Below, piece by piece: positions 1 to 10,025 of a DNA stretch of 32,000 nucleotides. The translations under genes were made by a program, and so were the position numbers. The notes under the pieces were generated by a model that worked only from the letters and a program-made list of their open reading frames with translations, did no database searches and was not told the DNA's origin. Every line of letters starts with the position of its first letter. Position 1 is the first letter of the stretch. Source of the stretch: Mycoplasma mobile 163K (GTDB lineage Bacteria > Bacillota_I > Bacilli_A > Mycoplasmatales > Metamycoplasmataceae); contig NC_006908.1 of NCBI RefSeq assembly GCF_000008365.1, positions 210,001-242,000 on the forward strand. Reading direction: 5' to 3'.

Positions 1-813
1 GAATACGATGCTATTGATCCTTTACAATTAAAAAAATCTTTAGAATCCAAAGAAATTGAAAATTTATTTTTTGCTGGACAAATAAATGGTACAAGTGGTT
101 ATGAAGAAGCTGCAGGTCAAGGACTTCTAGCAGGGATTAATGCTTCATTAAAGTTAGAAAATAGAGAAGCTTTAAATTTAAAAAGAAGTGATTCTTATAT
201 TGGAGTTTTAATTGATGATCTTACAACAAAAGGCACAAAAGAACCTTATAGAATGTTGACGTCTCGTGCAGAGTATCGCTTGCTTTTAAGAAATGATAAT
301 GCAGATATAAGATTATTAAAATATGCAAAATATGCCAAAACATTAACAGATAAAGAAATTGCTACTACAGAAGCTAAATATGATTTGATCACTAAAAAAA
401 TTGCTGAATTAGAAAATCAATATATTTCAATTAATGATCCTCTTGCAAAAAAATATAATCTTGCAAATAGCACTTCATTTTTACAATTAATTTCAAGGCA
501 TGAAATTGATATCAAAGAAATTGTTGGCAATTTCCCTTTTCTAGAAGAATTAAGCACTAATGTAAGATTAGATGGTTATATAAAAAAACAATTGAGTCAA
601 GCAGATAAAATGCTTCGATTAGAAAATTTAAAACTTCCAGAAGATTTGAATTATGATAATGTTGTTAATTTAGCATTTGAAGCAAGACAAAAACTTAAAA
701 TGATCAAACCTCTAACAATTGGACAAGCATCTAGAATAAGCGGAATCAATCCTGCAGATATTCAAATGCTAATGTTTCATTTAAATTTAAAAGTAGTAAA
801 AAATGAAAATTAA
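1..813 (+). CDS. mnmG: tRNA uridine 5-carboxymethylaminomethyl modification enzyme MnmG (GidA), C-terminal part; 5' end lies outside the window
   Basis: Frame +1 is open from base 1. Translation [48 protein letters not shown]...[25 protein letters not shown]...[16 protein letters not shown] matches conserved MnmG blocks. TAA stop at 811-813. Confidence 0.95.
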   Translation, partial: EYDAIDPLQLKKSLESKEIENLFFAGQINGTSGYEEAAGQGLLAGINASLKLENREALNLKRSDSYIGVLIDDLTTKGTKEPYRMLTSRAEYRLLLRNDNADIRLLKYAKYAKTLTDKEIATTEAKYDLITKKIAELENQYISINDPLAKKYNLANSTSFLQLISRHEIDIKEIVGNFPFLEELSTNVRLDGYIKKQLSQADKMLRLENLKLPEDLNYDNVVNLAFEARQKLKMIKPLTIGQASRISGINPADIQMLMFHLNLKVVKNEN

Positions 814-1234
814 TCTTATCGCAGTTGGAAAACTTGAGAAAGAATATTTAAATTTATATCTTTCATATTTAAAAAAAATAAGTTTTTTCGCAACTATAAA
901 CCTTATTGAAATAAAAGAAATAAATGAAAAAAATATTGACCTTAAAAAGCAAAAAGAAACTGAACTTATTATTGAAAAAATTCCTAAAAACTCCAAAGTA
1001 TATCTTTGTTCTTTACAAGGACAAGAAAAAACTAGTGAAGACTTTTCATTATTATTTAATGAAGATAATTTAACATTTGTAATAGGTGGTTCAAATGGAG
1101 TTGATGAATCAACTTTTTTGCACAAAATATCTTTTTCAAAAAACACCTTTCCCCATCAATTGTTTAGAATTTTATTAGTCGAACAAATATATAGATCCTT
1201 TACAATTTTAAAAGGAATAAAGTATCATAAATAA
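803..1234 (+). CDS. rlmH: 23S rRNA (pseudouridine1915-N3)-methyltransferase RlmH (SPOUT family)
   Basis: 143 aa. [16 protein letters not shown]...[14 protein letters not shown]...[33 protein letters not shown] is the typical RlmH/YbeA end-to-end pattern. The ATG overlaps the mnmG stop region by 11 nt. Confidence 0.9.
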   Translation: MKINLIAVGKLEKEYLNLYLSYLKKISFFATINLIEIKEINEKNIDLKKQKETELIIEKIPKNSKVYLCSLQGQEKTSEDFSLLFNEDNLTFVIGGSNGVDESTFLHKISFSKNTFPHQLFRILLVEQIYRSFTILKGIKYHK

Positions 1235-1263
1235 ATATAGTAGCATTTATTTTTTTATTTTAT

Positions 1264-1269
1264 TATAAT
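1264..1269 (+). promoter_or_regulatory. candidate -10 box (TATAAT) only 9 nt upstream of the 1279 ATG; implies a leaderless or near-leaderless mRNA
   Basis: TATAAT at 1264-1269. No Shine-Dalgarno between it and the ATG at 1279. Confidence 0.3.
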
Positions 1270-1278
1270 AGTATAGAC

Positions 1279-2214
1279 ATGAACAAATGAACAAATAAAA
1301 AGATTTCTTTTATCTCTGTATTAATAGCAACTTCAGTTGCATTTACAATAATTGGTGCAGGTGCTTTAGCAATAACTTCTTTACCCAATATTAAGTTATC
1401 TTTTGCGGGTTTACCAGTAAAAATTACTGGATATTTATTTGGGCCTTTAATAGGTTTTATTACAGGATTTCTAGCTGATTTATTGTCTTTTTTGTTCATT
1501 CCTTCTTTTTACAATCCATTATATTCTTTTGGATTAGCTTTAACAGGAGCAATTCCTGGGATTGTCGCCTGATTTTATTTTAAATTTGGAAAAAATTTGT
1601 TTAGTAAGGAAACAAAAATCCAAAGATACACGAATAAAATTATTTTTTACAAAAACTTCATATGATTTAATGAAAATAAAGAAGAAATTAAAACAATTGA
1701 AAAATACAATTTTTTAATTAATAAATATGAGAAAAAAATCATTTTGCTACAAAAGGCTGAATATTCAAATTCTATTTTAAATTTCAATTGAATAAGTTCT
1801 TTCATAATTATTTCCATTTTATTAATTGCAATAGTAACATTAATAACAAATTTACCAGATAGGTTTTTTGACTCTCCAATTTTTTTTAGAACTAGACCAT
1901 CTTTTTATTTATTTTCAATTTTAGGTTTAGCAATAATGATAGTTTTTATTAGTTATATGAGATTTAACTCCAAGCCAAAAACCTTTTTGAATATTGTTCC
2001 CATCATAATTTTTTCAGCATTAATTGAATTTTCAACAATAGCGGTAATAGCTTATGCAGATTCTATAACTCTGGGAATTGATTTTCAAATTTCATTAATT
2101 GGAACTTTGCTTTTATCCCCAATAAAAATATGAGGAAATTTAATTATTATTTTGATCACATATAATATTATTGCTCCATTAATTAAAAATAAACAAAGTA
2201 ATGGATGAGTATAG
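1279..2214 (+). CDS. polytopic membrane protein, ECF-transporter S-component-like, with a ~70-aa hydrophilic insertion (311 aa)
   Basis: A single frame runs from ATG 1279 to TAG 2212-2214 when in-frame TGA is read as Trp. The track shows only the 1936-2133 fragment. The N-terminal region ISFISVLIATSVAFTIIGAGALAI...GLPVKITGYLFGPLIGFITGFLADLLSFLF resembles the glycine-rich TM1-3 pattern of ECF S components. About 7 hydrophobic segments. Family assignment is by eye only. Confidence 0.45.
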
Positions 2215-2239
2215 TAAAATTACTTTTAATGAGGAAACT

Positions 2240-4753
2240 ATGGAAAAAAAATGAAATCTTAGCATAGAAAATTTAATTAGCAAAGAATTAGATTTAGAAA
2301 CAAAAATGCCTTACTTTGATAATTTAAATATTGATATTATTCAAGGTGAAATTGTGACTCTTTTTGATAAAAGAGATTTTGAATCTCGGAATATTATTAG
2401 TAATATTCTTAAAAATAAGTCTAAAAATTCAACTCATTCATTTTATTTAAATCAAACTATTAATGATGAAATAAAAGATGGAAACAAAGAGTATTTTTTA
2501 TCGAATTTTAATATTGATACTTTTGAAGATGATTCCTTAATTGGGATTCATAAAATTTTTGAAAATAATAACAATTTCTTTTTTTATGATTTATTTAAAA
2601 AACATTTAAAAGAAAATGAAAACATAAAAAATATTACAGATTTTTTCCAGGATATTTACCCAATTTACTATAAAGAATCATTTTTAAAACTAGAATCATT
2701 TTTGCTGTCTGAAAAATTAGATTTGCAAGAAACCTATTTTCAAAACTTAGAAAATTTTGTTCAAAAAAATAAAAAATTATTAAATTCATTTAAAGAAATT
2801 GATTTTGAAAATAAAAATAATAGAATTAGTTTCAAAAATTCTTATTTAAATTTTTTAGATGATTATTTAAATTTAAAAATTTCTAATTTGGAAAAAATAA
2901 GTTTACAAAAGAAAAACATTTTTAATTATATTTTTGAAAAAATTAATGAATTTAAGACAAAAGAATTTCAACTTGCAAGCAAAAAAATAAAAAAAGATGA
3001 ACTTCAAAAACAAATTGAATCACTAAAAGAAAGCAAAAGAGTTTTAGAGTCTAAAGAAAAAATTTCCGAGCTTTTAGAAAGTTTAAACAAGAAAAAGAGC
3101 AATTCAATTTTAAATAGAAAAAAAACTTCTAAAATTATTTGAAATTTCATTAAAAATTTCAAAAATAGCTATAAAATTTATAAAAAAGTTTCTTTTATGC
3201 AAGATAACAAGGAAATTAAATTTCATTTTTACAAACTTGCACTATTGAATAAAAAAACTTTTCAAAAATTTAAAAAAATGGGTTCTAGATCAGACTTATC
3301 TTGGTTATCTCAAAAAGATATAGTTGCTTTATCAAGAGATATAAGGGAATACAATAAAACTCTATGAGACCAATTAATTAATTCAACTAATTCTAACATG
3401 TCAAATAAAAATGTAAAAAAACACATTGATTACGAGTATTTGTTTTTATTCAAACCTTATGAAGCTATTTATTCATTGAATAAAAAAAATTTTAAAATTG
3501 AAGTAGAATCTATCAACAAACAAATTAACGAATATAAATTAATTTTGAAATCAAAGAAAAATATTCAACCTGAAATTAATGAAAAAAAACTTTATGATGC
3601 AACGCAAACACTAGAAACTTTTGTAGTGAATGAAAAATGGGAACAAGAAATTGAGTTTAAAAAATTAGCAGATAAAAACGAAATTTTAAACAAAGAAATT
3701 TCATTTGTTTTTAATAATATAAATGTTTTAAGTTTTCAAGAAAAAGATTTATTAAAATCTTTTAATGAACTTTATAATGAAATTTTTGAAGTAAATTTTA
3801 AAAATAATGATGAAAAAACATTAATGCAAATCATAAAAATTCACGAACAATTTGAAGATGCTGATAATGCATATAAAATGATGCAGCTTGATTTTGAAGA
3901 AATTATAAATCTTTCCTTTTCTAGGGATTTCAATTTCAAAGGAAATGCACTAGAAGAAGTTGTGAAAAAAGATTTTATTTATCAAGCACTATTAAAATTA
4001 GAAATTCCATATTATTTTTCTTATTTTAAAAAATTAAATCTTTGAAAATCTGAAAAATTAAATATTATAAATTTAATAATTTCACTTTTAATAAGTAAAA
4101 AATCTAAATTTATATTTGTTCAAGATAGATTTTTTTCTGAAACTCTTATGAAAGATAAGACTTTTATTTTGAATTTAAGAAAATTTGTAAAAAAAGAAAA
4201 CATAGGATTTTTTTTTAGGACATATTCAACACAAAATCTGGACCTGATTGCTGATAAAATTTTTGTCTCTTATTATGGAAAAATAATTGAAAAAGGAAAG
4301 ACTTTGGAAGTAATAAAAACTCCTATTCATCCCCAAACAAAACTTCTTTTGGAAAATGGCAATTTAAAAATAAATGATGAATCAATTAATTATTTGATTG
4401 ATTTAGTTCCAGGAGATATTTTGAAAATGTACAATGTTGAATCTACTAATCATTCTATACTTGCAAATGTTCATTATTTTACTAAATGGACAAATAAATT
4501 TCCTGATTCAAAAACTAAAACATTTTCATTTGTAAATTCACCAATTTTAAGTGAAAGAGAAATTGAAAAAATAAATACCAAATTTGAGTTGGAAGAAACA
4601 AAAATCATTGATATTTCGTATTTGACTAAATTAAATAGCCTTAAAAAATCTAATAAAAATTTATTTTTAACTAAAACTATTGATTTTCAAACAAATAGAA
4701 ATATAGATTTATTAACAAAAACATTTGCTACCAAAAAAGAAGAGAGAGTTTAA
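2240..4753 (+). CDS. OppF/OppD-type ABC nucleotide-binding-domain homolog with degenerate Walker A, signature, Walker B and H-loop and a roughly 450-aa insertion (837 aa)
   Basis: Track fragments 2306-3142, 3398-4045 and 4148-4753 are all in the same frame and are joined by TGA codons. ATG at 2240. The N-terminus WNLSIENL...FDNLNIDIIQGEIVTLFDKRDFESRNIISNIL aligns to the ABC pattern L.v.nL...l.nvsf.i..GE.lgLvGeSGsGKSTl. The C-terminus LWKSEKLNIINLIISLLISKKSKFIFVQDRFFSETL...IGFFFRTYSTQNLDLIADKIFVSYYGKIIEKGKTLEVIKTPIHPQTKLLLEN aligns to LSGGQ...LLIADEPTSALD...ISHDL...ADRv.VMY.GkIVE.G....i...P.HPYT..LL. Confidence 0.6.
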
Positions 4754-7273
4754 ATGGAAAAAATTTATAATCATAAAATTGTTGAAAAAGACAAAAATGA
4801 AAAATGGATTAAAAAAGAATATTTTTCAACTCACGATTTAACAAAAAAACCTTTTTCTATCTTGTTACCTCCTCCAAATGTAACAGGAAAATTACATATT
4901 GGGCATGCTTGAAATACAACTCTTCAAGATTTTTTAATTAGATTAAAAAGATTGCAAGGATATGATGTTTTGTGATTACCAGGAACTGATCATGCAGGTA
5001 TTGCGACACAAGCAAAAGTAGAAAAAAGATTATTGGATCAAAAAATTTTTAAAAGTGATTTAACAAAAGAAGAATTGTTTGAAAAAGCAATGGATTGAAA
5101 AAATGAATATGCAAACGAAATAAAAAAACAATGGTCAAAATTAGGTCTTGCATTAGATTATAAAAAAGAAAGATTTACATTAGATGAATTATCAAATAAA
5201 GCTGTAAATGATATTTTTGTTATGTTGTACAAAGATGGTTATATTTACAGAGGAAATAGAGCAATTTATTATGATACTTTTTTGCAAACATCTTTAAGCA
5301 ATATAGAAGTAATCAATGTTGAAAAAGAATCTAAAATGTATTACTTAAAATATTTTTTAGAAAATTCAAACTCTGAATATGTTTTAGTTGCAACTACAAG
5401 ACCAGAAACTTTAGCAAGTGATGTTGCTTTAATAATAAATCCTAATGACAAAAAAAATAGCCATTATTTGGGAAAAAACTTTGTGAACCCTTTAACTAAA
5501 AAAATTATCAAGATGCATAGTGATGACTATGCGATTATGAATTTCGGATCAGGAATTGTAAAAATTTCTGCTCATGATATGAATGACTTTGATGTAATTA
5601 AAAGATTAAATCTTGAAGTAATTGAAACAATAGATAAATTTGGAAAAATGACAAATGCGATTCCTGAATTCGAAAATATGTCTAGCCTAGAAGCAAGAGA
5701 AAACATTGTTTTGAAACTTAAAAAAGAAAACTTAATTGATAAAATTGAAAATATTAAATCAAATATAATAATGAGTGAAAGATCAAATACAGTTGCAGAA
5801 GTTTTGGTAATGCCTCAATGATTCATTAAAATGGAGCCTTTTTCAAAAATGATTTTGAAAAAAATTCAGAATGAAAATGAAGATGACAAAAAAGTTTTAT
5901 TTTTTCCTAAAAAATTTGAAAATATTTTGAAAATATGAATGCAAGAAGCTCATGATTGAAACATTAGTAGACAATTGTGGTGAGGTCATAAAATTCCTGC
6001 TTGATATGATGAAAAGGGAAATATTAAAGTTCAAACTACTTCTCCAGGTTCTAATTGAACACAAGATCAAGATGTTTTGGATACTTGATTTAGTAGTGGC
6101 ATTGCACCTTTTTCATTTTTGAATTGACCTCAAAAATCAGAGTTCTTAAAAAGGTATTATCCTACAAGTGTAATTGTGACAGCTTATGATATTATTTTCT
6201 TTTGAGTTGCAAGAATGTATTTTATGGGTATTTATTCTATGAAAAATATCCCTTTCAAAAAAGCTTTAATACATGGTTTAATTAGAGATGAACAAGGAAG
6301 AAAAATGTCAAAATCATTGGGAAACGGAATTGATCCAATGGATTTAATTGAAAAATATGGAGCAGATTCTTTGAGATGATTTTTAATGACAAATTCAACA
6401 CCTGGGCAAGACATAAGGTTTAATTATGATAAGATTGAATCTGCTTGATCTTTAATTAATAAGATTTGAAATATTTCAAGATATATTAAAATGTTAGATT
6501 CTGATAAAAAAGAAATAATTCCTGAGGAAATTGAACAAAATGCAAATTCTTGGATTTTAGAAAAATTTGAAAATTTGAAAATTTTAATATATGAAAAATC
6601 TGAAACATTTGAATTTAGTGTTATTGGAAAAGAAATTTTCAAATTCATAAATGAAGATTTTTCTAGTGTTTATATAGAAATTATCAAAGGGACTGATTCA
6701 AAAGAATTTATTTCTAAAATTTGATCTAACTTTTTAATTCTATTGCATCCTTTTTTACCTTTTTTAACAGATCATTTATATTTTGAGTTAAACAAAAAAG
6801 AACTTTTAGAATCAGATTTTTTTGAATTAAAATCAAGGAAAAACAATTTATTTATTGATGAAACAATTGAAATTATTTCCACACTAAGAGAATATAGAAC
6901 AAGGTTCAATTTGAGTCATAAAATAGATTTAAATTACAATCTTGTTTCAATTAATAATTCAAATCAATGTGATTTTAATTTAGATTTAAAAAAATATCTT
7001 ATAAAAAAAATGGCAAATGCTAATTTTTCTGAAAATGGGCAAATATTTTTTAAACTAAACAATTATGAACTTAGACTTCAAATTCCTGAAGAAGTGAAAA
7101 AAGAAGAAGAAACAATAAGAATAAAACGAATTCTTTTTTTAGAATCTGAGATAAAGCGCTCCCAATCAATTTTATCAAACGAAAAATTTATTAATAATGC
7201 CTCGGAAATAAAAGTAAAAGAAGAAAAAGAAAAACTTGAAAAATATATAAAAGAATTTGAAGAAATAAAATAA
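4754..7273 (+). CDS. valS: valine--tRNA ligase
   Basis: 839 aa after joining same-frame fragments across TGA. HIGH motif [59 protein letters not shown] motif [17 protein letters not shown], and a C-terminal coiled coil. The ATG directly abuts the upstream TAA (4751-4753). Confidence 0.97.
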
Positions 7274-7360
7274 TCAATTCGTTTAAATAATTTTATTTTT
7301 CAAAAATTTTTAATTATGTTTTTTCATTAATGAAAATTTTAAAAATTCAATTAAATTATA

Positions 7361-7366
7361 TATAAT
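7361..7366 (+). promoter_or_regulatory. candidate -10 box (TATAAT) for the DUF2188-like gene and folD
   Basis: TATAAT at 7361-7366 in the 120-nt valS-downstream spacer. AAGGAG Shine-Dalgarno at 7384-7389, ATG at 7394. Confidence 0.35.
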
Positions 7367-7393
7367 AATGTAATAAAAATAACAAGGAGTTCT

Positions 7394-7567
7394 ATGATTA
7401 AATACGTAGTAAACCATGATGGCAAGTGAGCTGTAAAAAATGCGAATGCTGAAAAAGTTACAAAAGTTTGTGACACTCAAAAAGAAGCGATAGATTATGC
7501 AAAATCTTTAGATAATACATCTGCAATTATGATTCAAGGTAGAGATGGGAAATTTAGAAAAGGTTAA
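7394..7567 (+). CDS. small DUF2188-like protein (57 aa)
   Basis: Not in the ORF track because it is short and contains TGA. MIKYVVNHDGKWAVKNANAEKVTKVCDTQKEAIDYAKSLDNTSAIMIQGRDGKFRKG matches the DUF2188 pattern (hV.p..dgW.Vk.eg..r....f.tk.EAi..Ar.la......l.ihg.dG.ir). Strong SD AAGGAG lies 5 nt upstream. Confidence 0.65.
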
Positions 7568-7583
7568 AACTTTTCTTTTTTTT
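7556..7583 (+). terminator. rho-independent terminator-like hairpin spanning the DUF2188-like stop codon, 14 nt before folD
   Basis: AGAAAAG (7556-7562) pairs with CTTTTCT (7570-7576), with a 7-nt loop GTTAAAA, followed by T7 (7577-7583). Confidence 0.45.
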
Positions 7584-7596
7584 ATTAGTTAAAAAC

Positions 7597-8439
7597 ATGA
7601 TCATTTTAGATGGTAAAAAATTGTCTCAAAAAGACACAATTTTTTTAAAAGAAAAAGTAAATCAATTTAAAATAAAGCCAGTTTTTACAATTGTTCAAGT
7701 AGGAAATTTATTTTCTTCAAATAAATATATAAAAACTAAAATGGACAAAGCATTAGAAATTGGTGTTGTTTCTAGATTGATTAAAATTCCTGAATCGATA
7801 TCTGAAAAGGATTTGATATCTATTATTGAAGAAGAATCAAAAATTTCTCATGGTTTAATAGTTCAATTACCACTACCATTGCAATTTGATCAATCTAAAA
7901 TTTTAAATTCTGTCCCAATTACAAAAGACATTGATGGCTTATCAGAAAAAAATTCAAAAAATCTTTACTCAGGAAAATCCTGCATTCAACCAGCAACAGC
8001 TAGAGGAATTATTGATTTGATAAAGGAATACAATTTTACTATTAAAGACAAAAAAGTATATGTAATTGGAGAAAGTAATTTAGTTGGTAAACCGATAAAA
8101 GAATTGTTTAAGCAAGCTGGAGCAATTGTTAAAAGTTTTAACATTAACACAGGAATCAAAGGAAGTGAAGAAGCTGACATATTAATTGTTGCAGCTGGTC
8201 ATCCAAATTTAGTGAAACCGGAAAATGTTAAAAATAATAGTATTGTAATTGATGTTGGAATAAATTCAATCGGAGAAAACGATAAGATGATTGTTACAGG
8301 AGATGTAGATTTTTCAAATGTTAAAACTAAAGTAAAGGCCATTTCTCCAGTACCAGGTGGTGTTGGCCCAATGACAGTTATTTCTTTATTTAAAAATTTA
8401 ATTGAAATTTTTGAAAAATATTTATTAGATGATAATTAA
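7597..8439 (+). CDS. folD: bifunctional methylenetetrahydrofolate dehydrogenase / methenyltetrahydrofolate cyclohydrolase
   Basis: 280 aa. MIILDGKKLS...VQVGNLFSSNKYIKTKMDKALEIG...GLIVQLPLP...KDIDGL...PATARGIIDLI...VIGESNLVGKP...DVGIN...GDVDF...ISPVPGGVGPMT are canonical FolD blocks. Confidence 0.95.
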   Translation: MIILDGKKLSQKDTIFLKEKVNQFKIKPVFTIVQVGNLFSSNKYIKTKMDKALEIGVVSRLIKIPESISEKDLISIIEEESKISHGLIVQLPLPLQFDQSKILNSVPITKDIDGLSEKNSKNLYSGKSCIQPATARGIIDLIKEYNFTIKDKKVYVIGESNLVGKPIKELFKQAGAIVKSFNINTGIKGSEEADILIVAAGHPNLVKPENVKNNSIVIDVGINSIGENDKMIVTGDVDFSNVKTKVKAISPVPGGVGPMTVISLFKNLIEIFEKYLLDDN

Positions 8440-8522
8440 ATTTATTGAATTAATAAGAATAACAAAATTAAATATTTAGTAAAATAATTATTTAAACTAC
8501 CAAATTATTTTTTTAAATAGGG

Positions 8523-8528
8523 TATAAT
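8523..8528 (+). promoter_or_regulatory. candidate -10 box (TATAAT) for the F1-like ATPase operon
   Basis: GGTATAAT at 8521-8528 in the 124-nt spacer after folD. SD AAAGGAA at 8553-8559, ATG at 8564. The same GGTATAAT context precedes rpsB. Confidence 0.4.
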
Positions 8529-8563
8529 TATCATATTTAGAAAACTTTAAAAGAAAGGAATTT

Positions 8564-10006
8564 ATGGAAAAAAATGCAAGTTTTTCGCAAGAGAAAATAT
8601 CTAGAATAAATTTATCAGAGAAAGTATCAAGCAATTTATCAATATTATTAAAAGTTTTTTCATATATTTTTTATGGAATATTTTTTGCAATTATTATCTC
8701 TTTACAATTTATATCTAACCCAAGTCAAATTGGATCTCCTAATTTGATAATGATTAGCACAATTGTGATGTTTTTATTTATTTTTGTTGCTTTAATAAGT
8801 GTATTTTTTATAAACTTTATTGCTGATTCATATAGAAAAATATGAAAAATAAAATTTTTATCTTTACACATTTTAAATTCTATTTTTTTAGTAATTGCTG
8901 CTATAGTTATGACTTTGTTTAAAATTAGTTCTATCGAAATAATGGCTACTAATTCTAATTTGAATTCATGAATTTTAACATCATCTATTATTATTTTAGT
9001 TCATACTTTAGCAATTACTATAATGCTTACAATTGTGGGGCTACAAACAAGAAAAAGTTTTTCAATCACTTGAATGAAAACTTTATTATCTTTACCAATT
9101 TTCTTATTAGAAATTGTTATAGGATTCTTGCTTTTTGTAGCTTCTTTTAATTTTTTAGAAGGAGCTTCTAGTTTAGCTTTTACAATGCTTTTTATTGCCT
9201 TAGCTGTTTTTATATTCAATTTTATATATGGGATTTTAATTGTTCTTTTTGTTGCTGCTTTTAAAACTCAACTTTTCGGTCAAAAAACAAATAGGGAATT
9301 AGCAAAAATTGAATTAAATAGAGAATATGCATATTTTTCAATGTTTGCAATTAGTATTGTTTTAATGTCAATAGCAATTGTGTTTCAAGTAAATTTATCA
9401 CTTAATGCAATTGGATTTATTGTTAACTTAATTATATTATTGATTTCTCTTTCAACTTATTTGTTTATTATGATCAAAAGAAATATGTCAAAAGCAAATT
9501 TGATTAAGTCAAATGATATTGAATTAAAAAATGCAATTACAAGTAATTTCTTTTCTTGAATTTTTGTATTATCAACAACAATTTTTATATTTTTTGCAAA
9601 TTTCTTATCTGAAAATTCTTCTACAGCCATTATCATTACTTTTGCAAGTTTTTGATTAGTTAAAATAATATTAAATATTGTAATTGGATTTAAATTTCCA
9701 AATATTAAAAACACTATTACTACTTTTATAATTGGAATTGTGATGCTTTTTGTTGTATTATTTGCATTGATTTTATTGACAATACCCGGTTCATCAGCAT
9801 TTAAAATTTTCTTAAGAGATGCATCGATGCTTATAATAATATCAACAATTTTTATAGGATTATCAATAAATTTTGTTCTAACAATACTAACCACTCAAAA
9901 AGCTTATGCTCAAGGTGAAATTAGTAAAAAATTCAAATTGAAAAAAGCAGAAAATATAATAAAACAAGAAGAATTACTAGAAAAAATCACATCTAAAATA
10001 AGCTAG
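8564..10006 (+). CDS. F1-like ATPase cluster gene 1: ~12-TM integral membrane protein (480 aa), candidate X0 membrane sector
   Basis: Track fragments 8564-8845, 9074-9559 and 9740-10006 share one frame and are joined by TGA codons. About 12 hydrophobic segments, e.g. YIFYGIFFAIIISLQFI, IMISTIVMFLFIFVALISVFFINFI, LSLPIFLLEIVIGFLLFVASF, FIIGIVMLFVVLFALILLTI. C-terminal charged tail KKFKLKKAENIIKQEELLEKITSKIS. The stop is 19 nt before gene 2. Confidence 0.8.
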
Positions 10007-10025
10007 TTAATTAAAAGGAGAAATT

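Noticed and set aside
787-1499. Minus-strand ORFs 787-1146 and 1263-1499.
   Set aside because: They are antisense to rlmH and the ECF S-like gene, which have clear homology or topology. Their products are low-complexity and there is no SD. They are shadow ORFs typical of AT-rich DNA.
2244-2251. Homopolymer tracts as possible phase-variation switches. These are A8 at 2244-2251 in the first codons of the ABC-like gene, A7/A8 at the start of the surface-protein gene near 12556-12580, and T9 near 30235-30243 in the Lpd-like gene.
   Set aside because: Runs of 7-9 A/T are expected at high frequency in DNA this AT-rich. Here they encode ordinary Lys/Phe stretches. They are well below the lengths usually associated with slipped-strand switching, and I have no variant reads to compare.
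2240-4753. Considered calling the ABC-like gene the EcfA energising subunit for the upstream S-component-like gene.
   Set aside because: The C-terminal P-I-H-P-Q-T-K-L-L tail is characteristic of Opp/Dpp-type NBDs, not EcfA. All ATPase motifs are degenerate and no EcfT is present.
7321-7336. Perfect 16-nt palindrome TTTTCATTAATGAAAA after valS, considered as a terminator or operator.
   Set aside because: The stem is almost entirely A-T (one G-C pair per arm) with no loop, so it would be very weak. Palindromes like this arise by chance in such sequence. I cannot support a function.
6232-8180. Minus-strand ORFs 6232-6414, 6424-6648 and 7986-8180.
   Set aside because: They are antisense to the strongly supported valS and folD frames, and their translations have no recognisable features.
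8968-9894. ORFs 8968-9150 (+), 9001-9219 (-) and 9457-9894 (-).
   Set aside because: They are off-frame or antisense overlaps of the 12-TM gene. The hydrophobic-looking antisense translation is an artefact of a T-rich/A-rich membrane-protein gene.
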